A stretch of 61,600 nt of DNA from a virus. Its lineage: Duplodnaviria > Caudoviricetes. The first letter of the stretch is position 1. Every line of letters begins with the position of its first letter. The notes beneath the pieces were generated by a model. It made no database searches. It was not told where the DNA came from and was given only the letters and a program-made list of their open reading frames with translations. Below, in pieces: positions 52,634 to 61,031 of this stretch. The stretch lies in IMG/VR virus record IMGVR_UViG_3300037264_002513, positions 1 to 61,600 of that record. The stretch is one strand, 5' to 3'. The position numbers and the translations under genes are program-made.

Positions 52634-55021
52634 CTACGTCAGCGAGGTCGCGGGCGGGGTGAACTCTGCGGGCGCCGCCACCGGAGGATACGGGGGCTGA
52701 AGCACCGCATCGCGCACCGCCGCGTGATCGTCTTGCGCGGCCTCTTTCTTCTTCATGTCGCGGTCGTGGGCCCGCTCCTCAAGGCTGTCGGCGCGCTTCG
52801 TCTGCGCGTTGAGGACCGCGATCCCTTCCTTCGAACCGAGCTCGGCACTCGTCTCTGTCGCACTCGCGCGAATCTTCGCCGCCTCGATGCGTTCGCGGCT
52901 CTCGATCTCCAACCGCTTGATCCGTTCGTTGGAGGCGACGCGGAGTTCCTCGGCCGGCAGGCCACTCTTCGCCTTCGCGAGCTCCTGCTGGAGCACGGTG
53001 ATCTGCTGGGCCTGCATCTGCAGCTGCTGCTGCACCTGGGGCGGGATCTCCTGCTCGCTTTCCTCTTCCTCGTCGCGCAGCTGCGGGTTGACCTTCTGCA
53101 GGCGCTTCGCGACTCGGTCGCCGATGGTCCCGCCCGTGAGCTCGGCGTAGATGTCGAGCAGGTAGGGCACCAAGCTCGGCGCCGCCTTCATCGCGCCTTC
53201 CACGAACGCCGCGTCGGCCTCCTGCTGCGTCGCGAAGGCCTGGCCGACGTTCACGCTCACCGTGTAGTCGCCCTCGCGGAGGTCGTACAGGATGGGCTTG
53301 ACCGGCTTCTTCCCACGCAGCTTCTTCATGACCGTGGGAATCAGACCCTCAGTGCCAGGCTCGGTGAGCAGCGGCCCATCGGGCCCGGGGATAAATGGCC
53401 GTTGGAGAACGACCTGGCGCTCGTCCTTCGGGTCATCGCCGAGCAGCCTCACCACCCGGCCTGGTCGGTCGTAAACGATGGGCAGCAAGTCGAGCAGGAT
53501 GCGGCCCTCATGCACCATTGAGATGTACGCGAGGTTCTCGAGGTAGTTGCTGGCGCTTTGCTGGCCCTGCTCCTGGAGCTTCTGCACCGCCTTGCCCGAC
53601 CTATTCGTCGAGTCCTGCTTGCCCAAGCTGGGGTTGAACCGGTGCGTCGTGGCCTGGATGTCCATGTCGGCTTCGCGCGCGAGCAGGACCGAGGCGCTTA
53701 GGTTCGTCGAGCTCAGGTCGTTACGCTGCGGGGGCGGCACCAGGTGGCCTTCGAACGTCGTCGGTTTGTACTTGAGGCGGGTGAAGGCCCTGGTATTCGC
53801 TTCGTCCCACATGGCCTCATAGCCTTCGTCTTGACCTTCGGCCATGACCCAGGGCGCCAGGCTCTCGAGGCCGGAGCGGAGCGCCTGCGAGCTGCGCGCG
53901 TAGTTGTAGAGGCGCTGCGCGTCCTTCGCGTTCGAGACGATACCCTTCCAGCAGGACTCGCCGTCGACGTTGTATTCCTTGCCGACGACCGGCACGAGCG
54001 GAATGTACCGCCCCTCCCAATCTTCCTCGTCGAGCACCTCGACGGCGTTGATCACCGCCCACTTGATCTGGCGCTTCTGAACCGTGCGGCGAACCTCCAC
54101 GCCAGCCGGCTCCTGCTCGCCCTTCTTGAGCAGCCTCGATTCGCCGGAGGCCGGGTCCAGGATGAGCGTGCGCGCTTCGTACTCCGCCCAGAAGTACTCC
54201 GCAATCCTGATCGTGCCGGTGCCGTCGTCACCGCTGCCGGTCGTGACCCAGCCGGGTGACACATCGCAGACGCTTTGCAGCTCCTCCGCGCTCATCGCCG
54301 CCATCGCCGACTTGCCGTACTCGCGCCGATACTCGTCGGTCGGCATGTCGCTGGTGATGATCGCGAACTCGGCGTCGCTCCAGTCGGGCTCCTGCGCGTT
54401 CGGGTCCGCGTACACCGAACCCTGGTTCTTGATGCGGGCAACCACCAGGTCGAGGTCGAAGTCCCCGTCGTTCGCGTAGGTCTTCAGGATGCGGTACCAC
54501 CCCCTGCCGCACTTCGAGGCGCGCTCGAGCGCCCAGATCCGCGCGAGGTTGGCGCGGCTGTCGTGCTCGATCGTGCGGATCATGCCCTGCCGCACCTCCG
54601 CGCCGGCCTTGTTGGCCTTCGCCCCCCGCGGCTTGATGACGACGCCCAGCCGCGCCTTGCGGGCCTCATTGATGGTCTGCTGGACAGGCTGGTCGAGCTT
54701 GGGGATGACGAGGCAGGGGCGCTCGGGAATCACGCTGCCATCGGGCGCGATGCCCTTGGCCCGCGCCTTCCGCATGTCCTCCGGCCACTGGTCTTCCGGC
54801 AGGGCCCGGTCGAACCTGAGATCCTCGACCTCGCGGTCGCGTTGGTCGCCCTCGATCTCAACGACCATACGAAACCGGGCGAGCGCCCGCTTCACGATCG
54901 CGTCGCTTCTGGAGGTGTCTTTCTTCTCGGTGGGATCGGGCGGGTTGGCGAGGGCGGCGTCGTAATCCGCCGCCTCGTCGCGCGTCAGCTGACTGCTGAA
55001 GGGCCCCAGCTTCTTAGCCAT
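52634..55021 (-). CDS. portal protein, P22-like
   Basis: EDLRF...DQWP..RPCL.I..L, CGRGWYRI, GIVSNAKDAQRLYNY, SGKAV; ATG 55021 with GGAGG RBS. Confidence 0.92.
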   Translation of the reverse strand: MAKKLGPFSSQLTRDEAADYDAALANPPDPTEKKDTSRSDAIVKRALARFRMVVEIEGDQRDREVEDLRFDRALPEDQWPEDMRKARAKGIAPDGSVIPERPCLVIPKLDQPVQQTINEARKARLGVVIKPRGAKANKAGAEVRQGMIRTIEHDSRANLARIWALERASKCGRGWYRILKTYANDGDFDLDLVVARIKNQGSVYADPNAQEPDWSDAEFAIITSDMPTDEYRREYGKSAMAAMSAEELQSVCDVSPGWVTTGSGDDGTGTIRIAEYFWAEYEARTLILDPASGESRLLKKGEQEPAGVEVRRTVQKRQIKWAVINAVEVLDEEDWEGRYIPLVPVVGKEYNVDGESCWKGIVSNAKDAQRLYNYARSSQALRSGLESLAPWVMAEGQDEGYEAMWDEANTRAFTRLKYKPTTFEGHLVPPPQRNDLSSTNLSASVLLAREADMDIQATTHRFNPSLGKQDSTNRSGKAVQKLQEQGQQSASNYLENLAYISMVHEGRILLDLLPIVYDRPGRVVRLLGDDPKDERQVVLQRPFIPGPDGPLLTEPGTEGLIPTVMKKLRGKKPVKPILYDLREGDYTVSVNVGQAFATQQEADAAFVEGAMKAAPSLVPYLLDIYAELTGGTIGDRVAKRLQKVNPQLRDEEEESEQEIPPQVQQQLQMQAQQITVLQQELAKAKSGLPAEELRVASNERIKRLEIESRERIEAAKIRASATETSAELGSKEGIAVLNAQTKRADSLEERAHDRDMKKKEAAQDDHAAVRDAVLQPPYPPVAAPAEFTPPATSLT

Positions 55022-55271
55022 GGCTGGCCTCCGCCGGGGGTGCCGTGTCCCGATCGGTATAGATGGGACGGCCGAACTGGTCGAGTAGGCGGGAGCCTGC
55101 CAACATGGCGTTCGCCGTCTTGAGCTGCGCCTGGATACGCTTGAGCCCATCCTGGACCAGCCAGCTCGCCAGCGCCGACACCGGCGACGCCCGCAGCCGT
55201 GCCCGCTCGACCTCGCCGGCCGGCTTCCAGCCGTCAGGGGAGCGCGGGTTGAGGCGGGCGAGGCGGCCCAT
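55014..55271 (-). CDS. hypothetical protein
   Basis: TGATG-coupled small ORF. Confidence 0.5.
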   Translation of the reverse strand: MGRLARLNPRSPDGWKPAGEVERARLRASPVSALASWLVQDGLKRIQAQLKTANAMLAGSRLLDQFGRPIYTDRDTAPPAEASHG

Positions 55272-55684
55272 CAGTGTATCCTCTTGATGAGCTCTTCCGG
55301 GTGGCCGTCGACGCCGTAGAAGAACCGGCGCCCTTCCTCGCTCGAGCTGCTGTCCACTTCCCAGGACTCGTCGATCTCGCGCTGTGTGGGCGGGCTCTTC
55401 ACCTCGAGCTTGTCGAGCACCGCGCCGGCCTGCTGCCCGCCGAACTCGTGGCGCACCTTCTGACGGAAGAACGCGAACATGCGATCGGCGATGTCGGCGT
55501 CGATCGCGAGCCCGCGAGTCTGAGAGAGGACGTAGTTGCGGAACTGCTGGGGACCGTTGGCGACCACCGTCAGTAAGGTCGGGGTGTGTGAGGCGACCTC
55601 AAGCATGATCGACCGGCAGGCGACCAGGCTGTCGTTCTTCAGCGTTTCGGCCTTCGTGCGCCTGTCGAACTTCAGCAGCATCAA
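55271..55684 (-). CDS. hypothetical protein
   Basis: Coupled ORF between terminase and portal. Confidence 0.6.
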   Translation of the reverse strand: MMLLKFDRRTKAETLKNDSLVACRSIMLEVASHTPTLLTVVANGPQQFRNYVLSQTRGLAIDADIADRMFAFFRQKVRHEFGGQQAGAVLDKLEVKSPPTQREIDESWEVDSSSSEEGRRFFYGVDGHPEELIKRIH

Positions 55685-55929
55685 CGTCCCCGGGCCAGCT
55701 GGCGCGTGTAGAAGTCCATGTATTCCGCGTGCGTGGGCTTGGTGTCGAGCGCCCAGGCCGGGTCAGCATGGGCCGGGTCGAGCTCGTGGGCCCGCACCCG
55801 GAGGTCGCGCGCGATCTCGAGCGAGGCGCGAGCGCCAACCGCGAGGCCCTGATGGCGTGCCTCGCGTGCGCGGTTATGCTGCGCGCGAGACGCCTCAAGC
55901 AGTTGGCTGACGCTCAACGCCTCGGTCAT
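55681..55929 (-). CDS. hypothetical protein
   Basis: MTEALSVSQLL...; preceded by extended -10-like TGATACAAT. Confidence 0.55.
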   Translation of the reverse strand: MTEALSVSQLLEASRAQHNRAREARHQGLAVGARASLEIARDLRVRAHELDPAHADPAWALDTKPTHAEYMDFYTRQLARGR

Positions 55930-55965
55930 CGCCGGAGATTGTATCATCCCCGTCAAGCAGAGCGC

Positions 55966-57471
55966 CTACCCCATCCACCCGGTGCCTGGCTTCGCCTGCC
56001 CCTGGAACGGCAGCCGCAGCTTCGGTTTCTGGATGCCGTCCTTGCCCCGCACCACCGCCGCGTGGGTCAGGGCGAGCGCGTCGCCGTCGTCAGGAGACGC
56101 CACGCCCCGCTTCTTCATGTGTTCCTTCGACTCGAGGAGCAGCTGGTCCCGCTTGTTGTGGTTATAGCCAGGGCCGGTGAGGTCGCTCTCGAGGCGCACG
56201 TCGGCGTCGACCGCGGCGCGCGGAAGCCAGTCCCGCATCTTGCCCCACATGTACGACCGCATGTTCGCGAACTTCGGGTCTGGACTGTCGGCCCCGAACT
56301 GGACCTCAGTGATGTTCTTGTGGCCGAGCTGCTTCAGCCGGTCCACGATGGGCCCGCCAACGCCCGTGCCGTCGACGAACAGCATCGCGACTTTGCGTGT
56401 GTCGTAGGTGCGACCCAGTACGTCAGCCGCCATGGTGACCAGGCGCATCGAGTCACGCGCCTCCGCTCCCGGCACCCGCAGCGGCGGGATGGACCGGGCG
56501 TCCGCCCCGCGACGGAACCGGAACACACAGCTGTCCTCTCCGCCCCTCGCGATGTCGAGGCCGCACACCAGCGGCTCGTCGGGCAGCACGATGGGCTCGC
56601 GCTTCTGCGCCTCGTAGACGAGCTCGGTCGAGATGTACTGGAGGTCGGACGCGCGAGGCGCGAGGCCGCGGACCCGGACCCGGAAGAAGTCGCTATCCTC
56701 GCCGTAGTCCTGCTCCCACTCCGCGATCTGCGCCTTGTTGGTGAACCGCGAGGTCCGGGAGTCGACGATCACCTGGTGCCACCGCTCGCGTTCACTCCCG
56801 AAACACACGCGATGGAACTTGCCCTGCGTGCGTGTCGGGTTGCCGAACAGGAAGATCATGGGCTCGCCGTCAGTCAGCCCACCCTCGGCCACCTCGTGGA
56901 TGGCATCCGGCACCGCAGAGTCCTCGTCGCAGATGTAGAAGCTCGTCGAGGTCGCCGCGTGCTGGCCGGCGAAGGCCTCGCTGTTGTCCTCTTTGCTCGA
57001 CTGGGGGGCGCAAAACCAGGACTCCTTGTGGGCCGGGTGATAGAGCCGGTTCGACGTGCAGACGAACCAATGCCCGGTGAGGCAGAGCTTGATCCACTTC
57101 TGGATCGACGCCCACGTCTTCGTCTCGAGCTGGGTGAAGGTGTTGGCCGTCACCGTGCCCTGGCAGTGCGGGCGCGTCGACATGATCCAGCAGACGAGCC
57201 AGCCGACCAACGTAGACTTCCCGACGCCGTGGCCGGAGCTCACCGCGCCCCGAATCGGCGCCACCGGCTGGATGCCGTCGAAGCCGCGCTCGCGGACCTC
57301 GGCCCCCAGCCACTCAAGGAACTCCCGCTGCCACTCATCGGGGCCGTCGTAAGGCTCGAGCGGACCCGGCTCGACCCACGGAAACATGTGCAGGACGAAT
57401 CCCAGCGGGTCATCGTAGTAGCTGGCGACATCGTCGTGCAGCTGGGCCTCGACGGTGGCGATGGCAGACAT
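55966..57471 (-). CDS. terL: terminase large subunit
   Basis: Walker A SGHGVGKS, Walker B YICDE, GNPTR, nuclease GLDIARGG.D, VDGTGVG, SPDDGDAL. Confidence 0.95.
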   Translation of the reverse strand: MSAIATVEAQLHDDVASYYDDPLGFVLHMFPWVEPGPLEPYDGPDEWQREFLEWLGAEVRERGFDGIQPVAPIRGAVSSGHGVGKSTLVGWLVCWIMSTRPHCQGTVTANTFTQLETKTWASIQKWIKLCLTGHWFVCTSNRLYHPAHKESWFCAPQSSKEDNSEAFAGQHAATSTSFYICDEDSAVPDAIHEVAEGGLTDGEPMIFLFGNPTRTQGKFHRVCFGSERERWHQVIVDSRTSRFTNKAQIAEWEQDYGEDSDFFRVRVRGLAPRASDLQYISTELVYEAQKREPIVLPDEPLVCGLDIARGGEDSCVFRFRRGADARSIPPLRVPGAEARDSMRLVTMAADVLGRTYDTRKVAMLFVDGTGVGGPIVDRLKQLGHKNITEVQFGADSPDPKFANMRSYMWGKMRDWLPRAAVDADVRLESDLTGPGYNHNKRDQLLLESKEHMKKRGVASPDDGDALALTHAAVVRGKDGIQKPKLRLPFQGQAKPGTGWMG

Positions 57472-57476
57472 GGCGG

Positions 57477-57809
57477 TCAGCAGGACGCCGGCGGCTGGCT
57501 CAACGCCTCCAGCTGGCGCAGCTGGATCGCTTCCTTCTCAGCCACATCCATGGCCGCCTGGAGTTCACGCTCAGCTGACTCATCAATCCGTTCGATGAAT
57601 TCCGAGGTGTCGAGGCCGGCCTGCACGAAGAATTCGCCTAAGACCTTGGTGAAATACTCGTTCTTGTCCGCCGCTGCCCGCATTTCGTCGAGGTCGACCG
57701 ATACGTGCCTATCGATCGTCTCGAGCAGCGCCGCCTGCATCACCGGCCGCTTCTCCTCGTCGCGATAGATGACTTGCACCACCAGCCTCACGCTCACCTT
57801 GCCGGCCAT
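57477..57809 (-). CDS. hypothetical protein
   Basis: MAGKVSVRL; TGATG coupling. Confidence 0.55.
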   Translation of the reverse strand: MAGKVSVRLVVQVIYRDEEKRPVMQAALLETIDRHVSVDLDEMRAAADKNEYFTKVLGEFFVQAGLDTSEFIERIDESAERELQAAMDVAEKEAIQLRQLEALSQPPASC

Positions 57810-58012
57810 CAGTCCTCGCTTTCTTCGCCGACCGGCACCGCCCTGACCTCGACGAGCTCTTTCCCGCAGTAGGGGCAGTGCTCGAACCCATGCGCGCATG
57901 GCCCCTCATCGTCGGGCGTCTCGAACGTGAACAGCCGGCCAGGCCGACACTCAGCTGCCCAGGCGTTCCAGTCGTCCATCTCGAGCGTCCACTCACAGGT
58001 GCTGCCTAGCAT
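57809..58012 (-). CDS. Zn-binding small protein (paralog of 60797-60991)
   Basis: CEW...W..EC..F...P...FEHCPYCGKEL. Confidence 0.6.
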   Translation of the reverse strand: MLGSTCEWTLEMDDWNAWAAECRPGRLFTFETPDDEGPCAHGFEHCPYCGKELVEVRAVPVGEESED

Positions 58013-58584
58013 CAGGCCTTCTCCCTCGCCTTCCGCGCCTCGGCCACCCGCTGCCGGCCAGCCAGGAGCCGCTGCTCGAGGCTCGCCTGCTCCTCCACGC
58101 GCACCACCTCGGTCAGCAAGGCGAAGTGCTTCGCGGCCATCTCGACGTACCGTTCGCGGGGCGCCAGCTTCACCTTCAGCACCTCGGCCGCGGGGCCCCG
58201 CTCGCCAGGCGTCACGTCAGCCTGGGTCACATCGAAGCCCCCGATGAGCGCCGCGTCCTCGGCCGACAGCTTATGAATCGGCCGGAACCGCCCCCGCTTG
58301 TCGAACAGCCGACGCACGTCGCCATGGACCTGGCGGCGAATGGCCTCGAGGACGCTGGCGGCGGTGAGCTCGGCCGTCTGCAGCTGCTTCGCCTTGCCGG
58401 CGGCCACAGCGCGGGCAACCTTATGGAACCTTAAAAGCTGCGAAGCGCCCACTTCGGCATGGTTCGGCGAATACCCAGCCCTGATGTAGGCCTGCTTGCC
58501 GTTGAGGTCGACGAGGTATTCCGCGATGAACCGCCGCTGCCTCGGGGACAGCGGGCGCGGCTTCTTCGCGGGCTGCGGCGTCAT
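58012..58584 (-). CDS. terS: terminase small subunit
   Basis: LSPRQRRFIAEYLVDLNGKQAYIRAGYS..A...ASQLL; ATG 58584. Confidence 0.9.
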   Translation of the reverse strand: MTPQPAKKPRPLSPRQRRFIAEYLVDLNGKQAYIRAGYSPNHAEVGASQLLRFHKVARAVAAGKAKQLQTAELTAASVLEAIRRQVHGDVRRLFDKRGRFRPIHKLSAEDAALIGGFDVTQADVTPGERGPAAEVLKVKLAPRERYVEMAAKHFALLTEVVRVEEQASLEQRLLAGRQRVAEARKAREKA

Positions 58585-58763
58585 GCTTGCGCTCTCCTTC
58601 TCGCCTGGAGAACGACATCGCGGCTGAACGAGAGGTCGTCCCAGGCGTCTGGCGGGACAGCCCGGTCGCCACGAATCTTGGCCTGCTTGGCCCCGCGAGG
58701 CCGGCGTATCCACAGGCGTCGAGGACACAGCCGCAGGAGGTCAGCGCGCTCTGTTCGGGCCAT
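58581..58763 (-). CDS. small basic hypothetical protein
   Basis: MART...VPPDAWDDL; ATGA coupling with terS. Confidence 0.55.
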   Translation of the reverse strand: MARTERADLLRLCPRRLWIRRPRGAKQAKIRGDRAVPPDAWDDLSFSRDVVLQARRRAQA

Positions 58764-58872
58764 GGCCTTCTGACTGGTGGCCTCAGCCCTACCACCCTCG
58801 CCTGCCCTCCCTTAACCACGAGTTGCAGGTTCCGCCCTGTGCCGCTGAGTATACCGCCGCTGTCCAGCCGCG

Positions 58873-59091
58873 CTAGCCCTTGGCCCGAGACAGGTACTCG
58901 GCCTCGACCTCGGCTGGGCTGGAGAGATAGCGCCCGAGTTCGCTGAGCATGACCGACATGTCAACGAACACGACCTGCTGGCAGCCGACCTCGAGGATCC
59001 AGCCGTTCAGGACCGTCCAGATCGTAACTCTCCGCGATTGTGTGGGCCACGGCGGCCCCGGCGGGTCGTCAGGCCCGCGGGGAGTCGGCAC
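58873..59091 (-). CDS. hypothetical protein (start uncertain)
   Basis: VLNGWILEVGCQQVVF...YLSSPAEVE pattern. Confidence 0.5.
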   Translation of the reverse strand: MPTPRGPDDPPGPPWPTQSRRVTIWTVLNGWILEVGCQQVVFVDMSVMLSELGRYLSSPAEVEAEYLSRAKG

Positions 59092-59134
59092 CGGGCCGTC
59101 CTCGGCGCGTTGCGCCGCCCGCGTCTACCCGTAC

Positions 59135-59353
59135 TCACGCCGTCCTCCGCTTGACCATCTTCAGCGTCGGCACCTTGGGCTTGGGGAGCTTCCGGCTCCG
59201 CACCACCGGGGCCACCGAGGGCGAGATGGGGCCGCGCAACCCTACCGACCGGCGCCCGCAGACCTGGCACTGGCAGAACACGCGGCCGGGTTCCCAGGCC
59301 CTCATGTCATCATGTCCCCAGAGCGCACAGTGCAGGCGGGTGAGGAGGCTCAT
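59135..59353 (-). CDS. small prophage protein (DUF1660-like)
   Basis: LHCALWGHD...CQVCG; ATGA coupling. Confidence 0.55.
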   Translation of the reverse strand: MSLLTRLHCALWGHDDMRAWEPGRVFCQCQVCGRRSVGLRGPISPSVAPVVRSRKLPKPKVPTLKMVKRRTA

Positions 59354-60702
59354 CGCTCCTGCTCCATCATCCAGTGTCCGATGAGGTACGGGACGTGCGG
59401 CGGATTCGCGTTCCCCAGAGCTTTAAGAGCGTGTCGTCGGGCAGATCTAACCAACCGTCGGGCAGTCCTTGCAGTTGCGTCACCCACGCCGGATTCAGTT
59501 GGCCCTTGGCCTGAGTCACAAGGCTGTGCTGTCCTGCTTTCGCGTCCGGACATGGATGCACGCCTCGCTCCATCGCTTCTGGGGTACGCCAGTCGCGGCG
59601 CTTCCCACTCGTGCTGCTCCTCGCCGGGGCGGGCGGGCCAGCGCAGCGATGGGCCTGCACCATCCCAGTGAGCAGCAACTCGTCCTTCCGTGCTCCACCC
59701 CGGCTTGTCTTGCCCCCGGCCATCCCTTCCGGTGTCGGCCAATCCAACCGCGCCTTGCTGGTCAGCGTGTCCGCCACCCCCGCGTGCGCCCCCGTCTGCT
59801 CGCTGTCCTCGCTGCGCGGCGTCGGCCAACTCTCGGGCGTGCCACAATCGGAGTCGGTCGGCCAGGGTTTCTGGCCCTTCCTCCTCCGCTCCTGAATCGC
59901 CGCCGGCATCTCGGGCCGCACCGCCAAGTCCAGCGGCGTCAGCCCAGGCTCGTGGTTCTTCTCGTCGCCCTTCGCGTAGTTCTGCGGCGTCGGCCAACTC
60001 GCCTGCACCGCCAGCGGCGGCATCAGTTGGTTGCCCTTCGCTAGACTCCCCGCGCCTCGCGTCACCTTCGCCAGCGACTCCGCATCCCGGCAGGTTGGAG
60101 AGGTCCACGCGGCTACATGATCCGGCAGGTTCCTCCCGCCGTGTTTCGTCCCGTACCGCCCATGCCTCGCCGCATCCGGCGTCCCCTGCGCGTCGTGACT
60201 CTGTGGACTCGTCCATCCGTCTGCCGACGATCCACACCCGGTCCCGCTTGTGCGGCGCCCCGACCGCCCAAGCACCCACCACGCACGGCCACCGGGCGTA
60301 CCCGAGTCCGTCCAGTTCAGCGAGAACCCGGTCAGCCCCTCGGCTGCGGAGCGCAGGGACGTTCTCAAGGAGGCACCAAGCCGGTCGGACTTCATCAAGC
60401 AGTCGGGCGAGTTCAAAGAAGAGCGCCGAGCGGTCACCGTGGAGTCCGTCTCCCTTCCCCGCCGCTGATATGTTTTGGCAGGGGAAGCCGCCAGTGATGA
60501 GGTCGATGCGTCCGCATCGTCGGGAAACATCGTCCCCTGTAACAACTCGGACATCAGTCCACCTCGGCACATCCGGCCAGTGCTTCTCCAGCACGGCCGC
60601 GCAGTAAGGATCGATCTCGATCTGGCCCGCGATGGTGATCCCCGCCCTCTGGAGGCCCAGGTCGTGCGCCCCGATCCCCGAGAAGACGGAGAGGCATCTC
60701 AT
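59350..60702 (-). CDS. C5-cytosine DNA methyltransferase, catalytic (alpha) chain
   Basis: SVFSGIG (I), GGFPCQ (IV), LENV (VI), HKRDRVW (VIII), LKALGNA (X); low-complexity middle; no clear motif IX in this frame. Confidence 0.88.
   Translation of the reverse strand: MRCLSVFSGIGAHDLGLQRAGITIAGQIEIDPYCAAVLEKHWPDVPRWTDVRVVTGDDVSRRCGRIDLITGGFPCQNISAAGKGDGLHGDRSALFFELARLLDEVRPAWCLLENVPALRSRGADRVLAELDGLGYARWPCVVGAWAVGAPHKRDRVWIVGRRMDESTESRRAGDAGCGEAWAVRDETRREEPAGSCSRVDLSNLPGCGVAGEGDARRGESSEGQPTDAAAGGAGELADAAELREGRREEPRAWADAAGLGGAARDAGGDSGAEEEGPETLADRLRLWHARELADAAQRGQRADGGARGGGGHADQQGAVGLADTGRDGRGQDKPGWSTEGRVAAHWDGAGPSLRWPARPGEEQHEWEAPRLAYPRSDGARRASMSGRESRTAQPCDSGQGPTESGVGDATARTARRLVRSARRHALKALGNANPPHVPYLIGHWMMEQER
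59367..60554 (-). CDS. overlapping-frame C5-MTase beta chain with W(P/T/R)(T/S)P repeats and motif IX-like end
   Basis: GAGGTGG RBS before MSELLQG; ~7 WxTP-like repeats; GQLNPAWVTQLQGLPDGW. Confidence 0.7.
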   Translation of the reverse strand: MSELLQGTMFPDDADASTSSLAASPAKTYQRRGRETDSTVTARRSSLNSPDCLMKSDRLGASLRTSLRSAAEGLTGFSLNWTDSGTPGGRAWWVLGRSGRRTSGTGCGSSADGWTSPQSHDAQGTPDAARHGRYGTKHGGRNLPDHVAAWTSPTCRDAESLAKVTRGAGSLAKGNQLMPPLAVQASWPTPQNYAKGDEKNHEPGLTPLDLAVRPEMPAAIQERRRKGQKPWPTDSDCGTPESWPTPRSEDSEQTGAHAGVADTLTSKARLDWPTPEGMAGGKTSRGGARKDELLLTGMVQAHRCAGPPAPARSSTSGKRRDWRTPEAMERGVHPCPDAKAGQHSLVTQAKGQLNPAWVTQLQGLPDGWLDLPDDTLLKLWGTRIRRTSRTSSDTG

Positions 60703-60800
60703 CGCTCCCCCGTGGCGGCCATCGCGCACAGGGCCGCGAGCAGCCAGCCGAGCAGCGCGCCGAGCCAGACGCCGGCTACGAACGCCAGCCAGGGGGTCAT
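60699..60800 (-). CDS. small membrane protein (33 aa)
   Basis: MTPWLAFVAGVWLGALLGWLLAALCAMAA; ATGA coupling at both ends. Confidence 0.6.
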   Translation of the reverse strand: MTPWLAFVAGVWLGALLGWLLAALCAMAATGER

Positions 60801-60991
60801 GGCTCCCTCCGCTTCGCCTTCACCTCCGTGAGTGGCTTCCCGCAGTAACAGCAGAACTGCATCAGGTTGTCGGTCGGCCCGCCCTCGATGAAGCAGAACA
60901 TCTGCTCGCAGTCCGTCTCCCAGTTGCCGTTCTCGTCCTCGGTCCACCGGCACGGATGCTGTTCGTCTGGTTTGTTCTTACGGCGGCTCAT
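60797..60991 (-). CDS. Zn-binding small protein
   Basis: CRW...WETDC..F...P...FCCYCGKPL. Confidence 0.65.
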   Translation of the reverse strand: MSRRKNKPDEQHPCRWTEDENGNWETDCEQMFCFIEGGPTDNLMQFCCYCGKPLTEVKAKRREP

Positions 60992-61031
60992 GGCTCCCTC
61001 CGCTCCTGCTGGTAGCGGGTCCAGGCGGCGG

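Noticed and set aside
55729-57768. 679-aa plus-strand ORF and the many other long plus-strand ORFs
   Set aside because: Antisense to well-supported phage genes (here terL); Arg/Gly/Ala-rich with no domain motifs or RBS support.
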